DNA of 57,860 bases, the filler included, from Sphacelaria rigidula (taxonomy: Eukaryota): the NCBI GenBank assembly GCA_964200075.2. It is 5 parts of 5 records of this genome, joined end to end, with 100 filler letters (N's around TTAATTAATTAA, not from the genome) between each part and the next. Parts side by side here need not be neighbours in the genome. Positions count along the whole stretch, not along the records: positions 46,370 to 57,860 come from CAXNAA020004869.1; 4 more parts are not named here. The stretch is one strand, 5' to 3'. This document shows positions 47,741 through 57,860 of this stretch, piece after piece. The notes beneath the pieces are model-generated. The model searched no databases. It was not told the DNA's origin and was given only the letters and a program-made list of their open reading frames with translations. Each line of letters opens with the position of its first letter. Position 1 is the first letter of the stretch. The translations under genes and the position numbers were made by a program.

Positions 47741-50700
47741 ACATGAGCGTTGGTTCCCTCTTTTTGTCCACCCACTGGTATAGCTTCAACTCGACTGTGA
47801 TTGCTATATTGGTGCACAATACACGAAGGAGAAAAAAACATATTGCTGTCGTGTTGCTATGCGTACGTTCCATTGAAGAAGATGGCACCGGCTGCTGTTA
47901 CAGGAGTGATGCATGCCCGCGTTGCTCATGCAAAAGTCATGTGCCTCACCCCCGGCAGCCGACATCTTGAGATACTTCTTGTTTGTCACACTTTACCCCC
48001 GAACCGCTCCCTTCCTCGGAACGAGTCCGTGGTCTCAAGGGAACCGATCGACCCATCTCTCTCCGGTACGCGCCTAGCATTTTAGTCAACGCAGATTGGG
48101 CCAGCACTGCCACACCGTGTCAACTCTCGTCAAACAAACTCAGTGGACCTACTTTTTGTTTACTCACGTATACCCACGCTTTCAACGGTAGGAGTCAGAT
48201 ACCTCGAAGAAAAAACCCAAGCGCATCGGGGATCGAACCCACGTTCTCGACACCCTAATGGTAACAGGCGGACCATTAGACCACCGAGGCGCGGTGGGCA
48301 TATTGTGCACCAGCAACCCGTGATGACACGGGTAGGACCTCACAGATGCTGCCCATGTTTTGCACACTGTTACGGCTTGGCTTCCAGGAAGAGAAAATGC
48401 CGTTGTCTCGTTTCTATCTCAAACGTTGTGGCAATTGGTAACGTCATGTTCCGTTGTTGTTGTTTCTTCTGGTGTCTTACCGTTATGCTTGTATTCCTTC
48501 TGTGTTCATTGGCAAGGAATGATTTTTCAATACGTGTATATCAGGTACAATTTTCTGATCATTGACGAATGACCCGAAAAAAACATGGCCCGGGTATGTG
48601 CCACTGCTGTCAGTGAGGGTGCTTCAAGGAGATATCTACTTTCAGGCGAATTACCTAATATTTTCATGCACGGAAGCGGCCCGCTCGGAAAAAACTGGAA
48701 ACTCAGGCTCACCCTGAGTTTCTTATCTGATGCAAACGTTGATCATGGCCCTACTGTGTTGGATTTACAGTGTAGCGCTCATCGCTGAGGCTCAACTCTT
48801 TCTCAAGTTTGTTGGAAATCTTAGCCTGGTTTTCTGACAACCTCGTTTCTCATGAGCGGGCTGCTACTACAGTCGAGCGTTGGAGCTCCGAAAGTATTCG
48901 AATCGTTTTGGATATGGCCTGACATCCTCATGCTTCACTGCCTTCCAAATTTACCAATAATGACCTGAATACCGATGCGTCACTGCCTTCTAGTCGTTGG
49001 CGGATGACCTAATACCTTGCGGATTCCTGTGGTGTGAGGGAATATGCGGGGGGGGGGCGGGGGGAAATGCTAGTAATACTAACAACAACAACGACATTGA
49101 AGTACCATTTTTGATGATGGAAACAACAACAACCATACCGTGGATAGTCATCCCCCTCAAGAAGATTCTAATCGTTGGCGAATGACCTGATGCTGATGCA
49201 GGCTGATGGAGATTGTTCTACCTGCGGGAACAGCGGAACTTCGAGCGAGATGATGGCGTGCTGCGTCTGCGCCACCCACTACCACCACGTGAGACATGTC
49301 ATACTCTAGTAGCAGGCTGTTGCTGTACCCTGTGTCGTATAACCCTGGAGAGCATTGATGTGTGAAATACCAAATTTTTGTATCTTTTGCGAAGTTTTTC
49401 TTTCGGAGGACAAAAATCAAAGTTCGTGTGGTGGCGGAAAAATCACCCCTCTGAAAAATGTGTCCCCCTGCCTTCAACTTTTCTTCCTTCACCTTCTGAG
49501 CAAAGAAGAAACGCTGGTCCGTGATCCTAGCCCCGAAACCAGTCTGGTCACGGTCCAGAACATGAAATTTTTGCGCTCGACATACGTCGCAAAAAATTCT
49601 GGATCTTATAAATTGCTGTAAAATCCTGTCGCCAACACATCCCGCGGTCCTGGTGAATGAAACTGAGCGACCAGACAGTTTCCTCGTGTGTGACTGATTA
49701 GCGTGATACAGAGGCATGGACTGGTGTAGAACATGATCTAGAACACCATACTCATGCTGGTATATTACTAGTTTTGTTCTATTCCTGTCGAATATGCGGG
49801 AAAGTCTGAGTGAGGGCGGTTGTTTCGAGCCTCATTCTACACCGCATGCCCTTTAGCGCTATAGAGACGTGAGCAACACAGCCCGATAATTCGTCGAATA
49901 CCGTAAGTACATGCTTCCCCTGTGCGTTGGGCGACGATTTTCGTCGCCGAGCGTACGCCCTGAGCGCGTTGTGTGTTACGGGCTCTACAGCAGAAATTAC
50001 TAAGGTTGTGCTCTGCAGGATACACCAGCTGAAATATTAAAAAGGTGTTTCATCCGTAAATGCTCTCCCAAATCTGCAACAGATGAGCAGTGCTCGCTAC
50101 CCTTCCGCACCATACCGGAGTGTTCGATACACATTTTGGGGTGTAGTATGCCAACCAAAATTGTCACAGCTCCGGGTATACCCTACATATCACAACTCTG
50201 GAAATTACGTTTTGTTGTAAAGAAGATTAAAGGGGAAGTAGACAATGACCAAGCACAACCGACGATACGCCATGTTATACTGGTTTTGTAAAACGTGTGG
50301 AGGCGTAGATTCACACCACAAGCCCGAGTATATTTCGATCGAAAACCTGTAACAACTCACAAGCTTCTCTCTCCCTGATCCCCGTGCTATTGGTGCGTTC
50401 GGATTTGGTGCCGCGAAAAGTGGCTAACAAAGAAGAAAAGTTTCGAAACAAGGAACAGGTCCGATGCTAGTTTTGAGTGTTTTGGAGTCGTTATTATATA
50501 CATCACGGAAGTACCCACGGTGATGTCTGCGTTGGACAGCCATTGAAGGAAGCTCACATTCGACAGAAGTTTTGACGTGGGAATCGCCACCTCGCCAAGA
50601 TGAAGAACCAAATCGTCTCTGCACTATAAAGTAACGATTTCTGCCACTTTGACGGTTCGGACGAATAAAATCGTGTTTTTTTTTTTTCAAGATCACGAAT

Positions 50701-53700
50701 TAGTCAACAGATTCGTACACACGTTGTGACTTGTACATGTTTTTGGCTTGTGATTCGTATGACGTCATTTGGAGTGTACACACTCCCAGGTCATAATTCG
50801 TGCGGCACACCGTCCAAGGTACGTGTTTTCCACTCTCCATTCCTTCAGCATGAATCGTAGGCACATGTTCCCCACCTTCCATTCATACGAGGTAAATCAA
50901 GCGTACATGGTTCCCAACATCCGTTCATGCAGCATGAATCGTAGGCACACGTTTCCCACGTTCTATTCATACGAGGTAAATCAATCGTACATGTTTGGCA
51001 ATTCCCATCCACCCAGCATGAATCACACGTAGAGGCTCCCCACCTTCGATTTACACGAGATGGATCAAGCGTGCATGTTTCCCACTTTTCATTTTATGTA
51101 GCGTGAATCATTACGTACATGTTCCCCACCTGCTTTCACATGATACAAATCATGGGAACATGTCGCTTTCCACCTGTCATATCACGCGGCGCGGCTCTTC
51201 GATTGCGCGGTCTTTTTGCAGGTGGGGTGGGAAAATAAGAGTACAGGTCGCAAACCTCTTGAGAGCCAAATCGGCAGTAAACCCAATTTCAATTTTTGTA
51301 CTCAAACGTAAGACATCAACGACAGTACGACATACGCGTCTGCGTGACCAGAGCGAGTTTTCTAGCCCGTTTCCCGCGCCGAAATATGCGATTGACAGCC
51401 CTTGTGGCTTCATGTTGTGTTCTGTTGTCCAGTTGACCTGAACATACTGTATACAGTACAAAACCACGAACACTTGCAAAGAACACAGTACCAGCATGAG
51501 TCGCTCTCGCATGTTCGCGGGAGTTTTCGGAAAATCTCCGGCAGCGTACGCTGCAGTCCGCAGACAGTAAGGTATAGCATGGCACAGGACGCATCCGCGC
51601 GCATCGAGTGATTATTCTAGCTGTTTATTCTTCCAAGCTAAGCTATTGACGGCCTTTCTGCTCTCCATGTTTTGCTCTGTGGTATAGTTGGCCTAAGTAT
51701 ATAAAACAGTACAAAGCCAGCTCCAGACAGCGCCAGTACTGCAAGACTCGTCCACGCACGTTTGCGTGAGTTTTCGGAAACACTCCCGCAGAAACCACTG
51801 CATTTAGCATACAGTACAGCATAGTACTGTACAATCTGCTCAGCGGACAGCAGACAACAGTCGTACGGCATATGAATCATAATTACCCGCTGTACCTCTC
51901 CCCCTTTGGCTCATACAGCATGAATCGCGTGATTCATGTTAATCTTTTCCCCCTCGCGTTCGTGAGGATGAATCATCGATACATGTTTCCCACCTCCCAT
52001 TCATACGAAATGGATCAAGTGTACATGTATCTCCCGTTTCATCCATGCATTAACCATAGGTACCTGTTTCCCAGTTTCGGTTCATGCCGCATGAATCATA
52101 CGTACATATTCCAGAATTTCGAATCATACGATATAAACCAAGTGTATATGTTTCCCATGCATGATTAATGCAGGAGTTATGATTCGTACATATTTTGCAC
52201 GTTCAATTCGTCTGATACTACTAATACTTGTGTACACGTTCCAAGTTCTTGATTCGTACGGTATGACCTTGAACGTACAACTTTACTATCCGTGATTAAC
52301 GGGTCAATCTTGAGTAAATGACTGGCATTCGGCGTTTATGGGGAGTCACCTCGCATAAACTCTGATTCGTCCGAACCGTGTACATTCAGAACAAAAAACA
52401 GGATTAAGTCTATACGCATCCCGCCCGGAAGGAAGCTGCGGCATGTTTCCCCCTTGTTCTTCATGTTGCAGCTAGATTTTGTGACGGAGGAAGAAAACTT
52501 CAACGTGGACATGGACGGGCTCTTTTATTTTATTTTTTGCCGTTTTTTCCTCCGACGGTGTTCGTGTTTTATCCTTTTTCCCCTCAGCTGTATCATACGT
52601 ATCGTTTTGTATTGTATTGTATTGTATCGTATCGTATCTTATCGTATGTCATCGCGTGTGTGTTGGCTATATTCCCGAACTGTCTCCATGGTGGAAAAGC
52701 TGCCTGTCTATCACAACCGCAAATCAATTGTACGAGGTGCTGGAAATATTTCCAGTAGTTGACGTGTCTGTGTATGTCCTCTGTACTCCTGCCGCACCGC
52801 GTATATCAGCTATTCTCCAAAAGTGCCTCCCTGTTGGAAGATCTTCCTGTAGGCGACAACTACGACACGCCCCTTCCACAATGTACAACACCAAGCTCTA
52901 TTTTCCACATGTTTCAAAAGTGTCCGTCTCTCCTATCGTGTCTTCCCGCATGCATTGACCATAGCTCAAAACCACTTGCCGACCGGAAGAGTAGCGTACA
53001 GACGAAGAACACCCTATGGTACATCACCCCCTCCCCCTCCCCCCCCCCACAAACTTTTCGTCTTCCATGTTGTCGATTCCTGTATTCATCGTCTGTGTCA
53101 TGTACCGTATGTATGGATTCAGCCATATCTCATGAATGTCTCGATTCGGAAGAGCTGCCCCCAGGCAACAGCAGAAGCCCTACCCATGAGGTAGTGTACG
53201 CCATAGTTTTCTCTGGAAGTGACGAGACCAGAAAATGAGCATCTCATGTAAGGCCGTCATCCACATGCAAGATAATTCGCAAGCTTCGGGCCGACCAATA
53301 TCATGCGACTCGCCGAACAAATCACGGCGCTTGGCGCTTGGTGGTCACGAGTCAGGTTCGGCGAAACCGGGCGTGCTCCATCCTGGCTTTGTAGGGGTGA
53401 GAGGTCAACGGTCTTATGACTACGGCATGCAAGATGATGAGTGTACCCCACCCCCGTCAAATGAGCACGATCATATGTGCTTAATCTCTCGAATTCCGGA
53501 TTCCTGTACAAAATTCATCTTCTCTCTCCCGACGTACCGCGTATATGCATTTCGTCATACTCCAGAGCTGCCTCAATCCGGAGGAGCTGCCTCCGCGCGA
53601 CGACGACGACGATGAGGAGAGGGCAACGACAACGCATGGGTGGACCTGCAGCAGTTGCAAAGAAGCCCAGAATCTTCGTACCGCGGCCGCCAACAACAAC

Positions 53701-56700
53701 ACCGACAAGCATACAGGTGATCACGCTTGTAGCTATAACTGTAACTGTACGAGAAATACATCGTCGACCCGCACTTTTGTAGGTGCCACTTCGTGAGGGA
53801 GGAGGCGGGGAATTGTTTGGCAACAATGCAGGTGTTTTTTGGCCTGTCACAACTCATTTCCTCTCCCCCCTCTCCCTCTCGCTCGCTTGTTTTCTTCTTG
53901 TAACTGAGGTTTTACGATTGACGACAGTACCCGCAGTCATATTTTTCATGCGGAGAGATTTTTTTTATTATCCGGAAGCTGGGGGCACTCATTATTTTAT
54001 ATACTTTAGTCATGGGACCATTTACCTCGCATTCCTACAAAGCCGGGTCGGAGCACGCCGGGTTTTAGCCGGACCACAGAGGAAGGGGGAAAGGGAGGGG
54101 ATCGAAAGTGTTTTGAGTCCTTTTGCACGAAGGGTCCAGTTTGTTTGGTCCATCGATGTACGCGGAAAGTTCGTTCGGACACTCTGGATATCGACATATC
54201 CCACGTGTATCCACACTGCGTGACAGAACGTTTTCCCCCCATACTTGAGCAAGCCCATATATATATATGTATATATACGAGTATATACACGTATACAGCA
54301 TGTTGAGTCTCTTGAGGGTGTTGCTTTTGTGTCGCTATACTTTCGTGTTTTGGTCCACCTGGGAAGGTTCTTCGGGCGACGAGGATGATCTTGAAGAACC
54401 AGAAGAGCCAACGTCGGATATGGAAATTGAAGAGCAAGAGGAAGATGACGAGGAAGAAATGGGCAATGGTAATGATGTTTGCGGATGGCAGACTCAGGTG
54501 AGGGAGGGAGGGAGGAGGGGGGGGGGGGTACTCATTTGTTGCTTGCCTCGAGAGTTGGGCCAGCCGAGAAGCGAATTTGTACTTTGCAGGCCCATTAACC
54601 GGCCGATATTGAGAGTTGAATCCTGAAAATTGGTATGGACATTGAATAGGGCATGATGAGAACAAAAACCAGTACACACAAGTTTTTTTTTTTTCTCATG
54701 AGTTGAGGGCATTTTACTGGTACCTGAAAACTGGTTATTGCCCTCAACTCATGGGAAAAATCCTTGTGTACACCGGTATTTGTTTTTATTATGCCCTATT
54801 CATTGTGCATACCAAATTTCAGGATCCAACTTTGAATATTGGCCGGTTGATGGGACGTTTAGTGACGGTGCCAGAAGAAATTCGGAACAGTATTTTGCGG
54901 GCCACTTACCGGCCCACCTTTGGTGTTTGTGTATTGAAACTTTGTGTGCGCCGTGGCCATGGCATAATTGACGAAACAAGGTAGGTCAGGTTGGCTTTCT
55001 TTTCTTCACTGGTTTAGGGCGTTCTAGTATGAAAACGACCATTGTTTTTACGAGAACGCCCGAATCTCTCCTCCCCCCCCAAAAAAAGATGAAGGCCCAT
55101 TTTTTTTTCATTCGGCATACCTCTGTCGTTCTTTATCCCAAGTTTCAAACCACAATTCTAAAAATTGAGCTAAAAAATTGAGATCAGGCCCAAGAGCAGT
55201 GTTCATTGCTCCTCAAAACTGCCCCATAAACCCGAAAAAAATGAAAAAGCTGTTTTTTCAAGCTTTATTATGCACTAGCGGTTCCCCATACGAAATTTCA
55301 TAGCACAGCTCTCAACAGCTGAGACGCGATATCCAGATTTAGTTGAACTAGTGCCTCGGCTCGTAATATACTGATTTTAGGCTGGAAACGTATGTGCGCC
55401 ATATCTCGAGATAGATTACGAATAAGGTGAAGGTAAGGGTATCTATCGTCTCCTCGTGCTCCAGGAAATGTCCACACCAATATTCGTCGTCATACGCTGA
55501 ATACATCGATCGGGGGTTTCATACAGATTTCAGTATCGACGCTATCTCCGTTAGTTATAGAAATTACTAGACATGGGGTTTCATTAAGGAGAAAATATCG
55601 GCCCAGATTTTTGAGTAGATGGGCACCTTCCCCTTTTGGTTGGACGATTAATACAACAGGCGGATCATGGCCCAACCGGTGCGTATCGACAAGATATTGC
55701 TTTGATAACTTAAGTCCGTGTCTAGGCTGGCCCAGCTCGTAGTCTTTCGACCATGGGCCACGCATCCCTTCCAGGATTGGCGTTGGATCAGCACCCCCCG
55801 CACCCCGTAGACTCTAGCCGAATGTTCCTGTGCACGTAGCGTCACACGTCTTCAACAGAAACCAAGGCCTGCTACTAAAAAAGACCGCATATTCTCCGGC
55901 GGTACTGGAGTCCCCGGCCTCCCGCCCTACAGTAGTGGGTGGCCTAACTATTCAGGGGTGTTTGGGGTGTTTTCTCGCGTACTACTCTTCGATAAAACTC
56001 GAAATTGCTAGCGTCGGTAGATTTTGGTACAATCAACAGATCATACCTCAAACACAGTGCCCACGTCAGTGTTAGTTGGTGTTATCAGGCAAAACGAGTA
56101 AATTCCCCGTTCACAAGGAGGGTGTTATTGACCGTGAAACACAGTTTTTCGGCTCTGGTGCCATGAGTAGGCAGGATTAAAAATAAATAAATAAATAACA
56201 GTACATTCCTTCACAAATACGATTGAGACAGGCTCAATCGACTGAAAATACCGAGGAGTAAGAATCTGGGCTGAAACGTGGCGGGATCCCCGTAAGTCAC
56301 TCAATATTGAGTATGTGTATTTTTTTGTTTTTGGAATGTGAAGCGGATACAAATATCTTCAGATCACCAATGTGATGAGCGGTAGCAAGCGACAAGAGCC
56401 CACGGAAATCGTCAAATACAAAAAAAATCACAAAACGCCACAAAATAAGTAGTTAGACCGCCCACTACTGTACTTCACCGAGCCGTTCACGGAACCACGT
56501 ACGCCACCGGCGCAGGGCGCGGTGAGTAGATGTGACCATCATGTGTACAATCTACTTCCTCTGTCCTCCCATTCCTCGCGCTCGGCCTGCGTCTATAAAT
56601 ATATTCAACAACAGCAGGGCTTCAAGGGCAAAGGAAAGGGCAAGGCGAAAGGCGAGGCGAAGAAGAACCTTCCCGCACGGACAAAAAGCTCGACGACAGG

Positions 56701-57016
56701 GAGTAGGCCACGGCAACACTCCGGCAACGCCAGCGACAGCGACGGCGACGGCGGCGTCGGGGGCGGCGGAGCAAGGACTAGAGCGAACAGGCAGGAGGGC
56801 GACCGGAAGCAGGAGCATGTGCGGGTAGGCCAGCGGCAGCGGGTCGTGGCGAAGAAGGGAGGGTTCAGGCGCGGAGGAGGGGGAGGCAGGGCAGCTATGA
56901 AGAAGGCCCGGGAGATCGAGGAGAAGATGAAGTTGCTGTGGTCTTCTTCTGAGAGTGATGGTGGTGATGATGCCGATGGAGACAGGGATTTCTTCGGGGA
57001 TGCGGAGAGCGACGAG
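46639..57016 (+). CDS. Internal exons of a chromatin protein with an extended PHD (zf-HC5HC2H-type) finger followed by a canonical PHD finger: 46639-46774, 47490-47601, 49202-49288, 53566-53716, 54367-54497, 56618-57016
   Basis: Splicing in phase (2,0,0,1,0) rebuilds CYVC..GGVTVRCVRQGCKKRFHPLC..LCAEH and then CSTC..MMACCVCATHYHHSCLNPEELP..WTCSSC (C4HC3), followed by acidic and basic low-complexity exons. The first two introns are GC-AG. Confidence 0.85.
47975..48294 (-). mobile_element. tRNA-derived SINE, ~320 bp
   Basis: Minus-strand A-box TGGTCTAATGG and B-box GGTTCGATCCC. The 3' tail (gagaccac..ggggg..aaagtgtgacaaacaa) resembles repeats at ~25212-25260 and ~45215-45265. Confidence 0.65.
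50651..52380. mobile_element. Probable non-autonomous DNA element: 15-bp TIRs around a degenerate ~40/80-bp tandem array that is interrupted at ~51180-51870
   Basis: ACGGTTCGGACGAAT at 50652 and its reverse complement ending at 52379. Units resemble catgaatcgtaggcacatgttccccaccttccattcatacga. No TSD seen. Confidence 0.6.
54591..54854. repeat. Hairpin/foldback inverted repeat (~120-bp arms)
   Basis: cccattaaccggccgatatt pairs with aatattggccggttgatggg; the inner catgagttgagggca pairs with tgccctcaactcatg. Confidence 0.85.
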
Positions 57017-57860
57017 GTTTGTATTTGTCGGTTGAGGAAGGGGGAGAGAGAGGGTGTCCTCATGATCTTGCATGCCGTAGTCAATAGTTGGGAGAGAAGG
57101 AAGGCGGGGGGGGCTACAAGTGTTCTATTGCAGGTCTTTCATGGAGCTTGGCCAGCACAGCACTCGTACACGTATGTATGTAGGTATGTATGTATAGTTC
57201 ATAAGCTACTGTCACAAGCGGTATTGATGTAATGGACTTCGTGTTTACATAGTCTTCCTCTCCCTTCCTCTTTACATCAGACTGTGATGGTCGCCGTGAC
57301 CTCAATGAATGAACCCTGGTTCATCTCGCTACACTCATACTCACCTACCTGCGGACCTGCGTCTTGTCATCCTTCTAGAGCGTGTGCGTTGTGAGTGCTG
57401 TATCGTCTCGTGTGTGTGTGTTATTTCTTTTGTCGTGTTGTGCATGCGTGTGTATTTCTGTGCATATATCGTAAATCAGTCTTCGCTCCGTGAGACAGTA
57501 TGATGAAATGTTGAGAAAAAGGTAGGCAAGTTTTTTCTTTTGGTAAACATTCGCGTCAGGACAAGTAACAATAACTCATAGTTGCTACCACCGTTTTCTC
57601 TCGTGGAGAACTTCGCGAATCCGGACATGAAATATTCCTCCGAAATCTGCTCCCACCTGGCCCCGGCCCTGGCCCAGAAAAATCGCGAAAGTGTGGTAAA
57701 ACGTCACCTTCGTGAGGCAGTGGAAGATTGTGCGATTTATTGTATTGCAGCCAACAATCATTCACTCAATCACTCAAAACGCTTTCTACGATAGCCCCCC
57801 CCCCAAAAAAAAAAAAAAAAAACCCCAAAAGGGCACGCAAAAACCGGCCAGCCCGGGCCC

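Noticed and set aside
44991-48294. tRNA genes at 44991-45064 and ~48220-48294
   Set aside because: A and B boxes are present but I could not form a cloverleaf with acceptor and anticodon stems; treated as SINE heads.

Overview
Eukaryotic, intron-rich and repeat-rich DNA; a brown alga or related stramenopile is my inference from gene style and TE types, not something the sequence proves. The window is not one locus. It is five contigs (1-11496, 11597-23087, 23188-34678, 34779-46269, 46370-57860; the last four are each exactly 11,491 bp) joined by identical 100-nt N44-TTAATTAATTAA-N44 linkers, so adjacency across gaps carries no information. Contig 1: one exon of DNA polymerase epsilon subunit B (POLE2/DPB2), then an apparently intact 7.1-kb hAT transposon (5-exon, 849-aa transposase, 39-bp TIRs) and a foldback repeat. 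Contig 2: an LTR retroelement with nearly identical LTRs, a mutated PBS and a PPT. It keeps only the chromo-like plus Tudor-like end of pol; the other ~7.8 kb is decayed non-gag/pol DNA with a 17 x ~41-bp array. Contig 3: the last three exons of VPS11, whose RING finger seems to have lost all zinc ligands, plus MITEs and a possible secreted-protein gene. Contig 4: the 3' part of an RGS-domain gene with a 958-codon low-complexity last exon; its intron holds a dead IS630-Tc1-mariner transposase and hAT-type MITEs. Contig 5: six exons of an ePHD+PHD chromatin protein with two consecutive GC-AG introns. All protein identifications are from motif recognition by eye; no searches were run.
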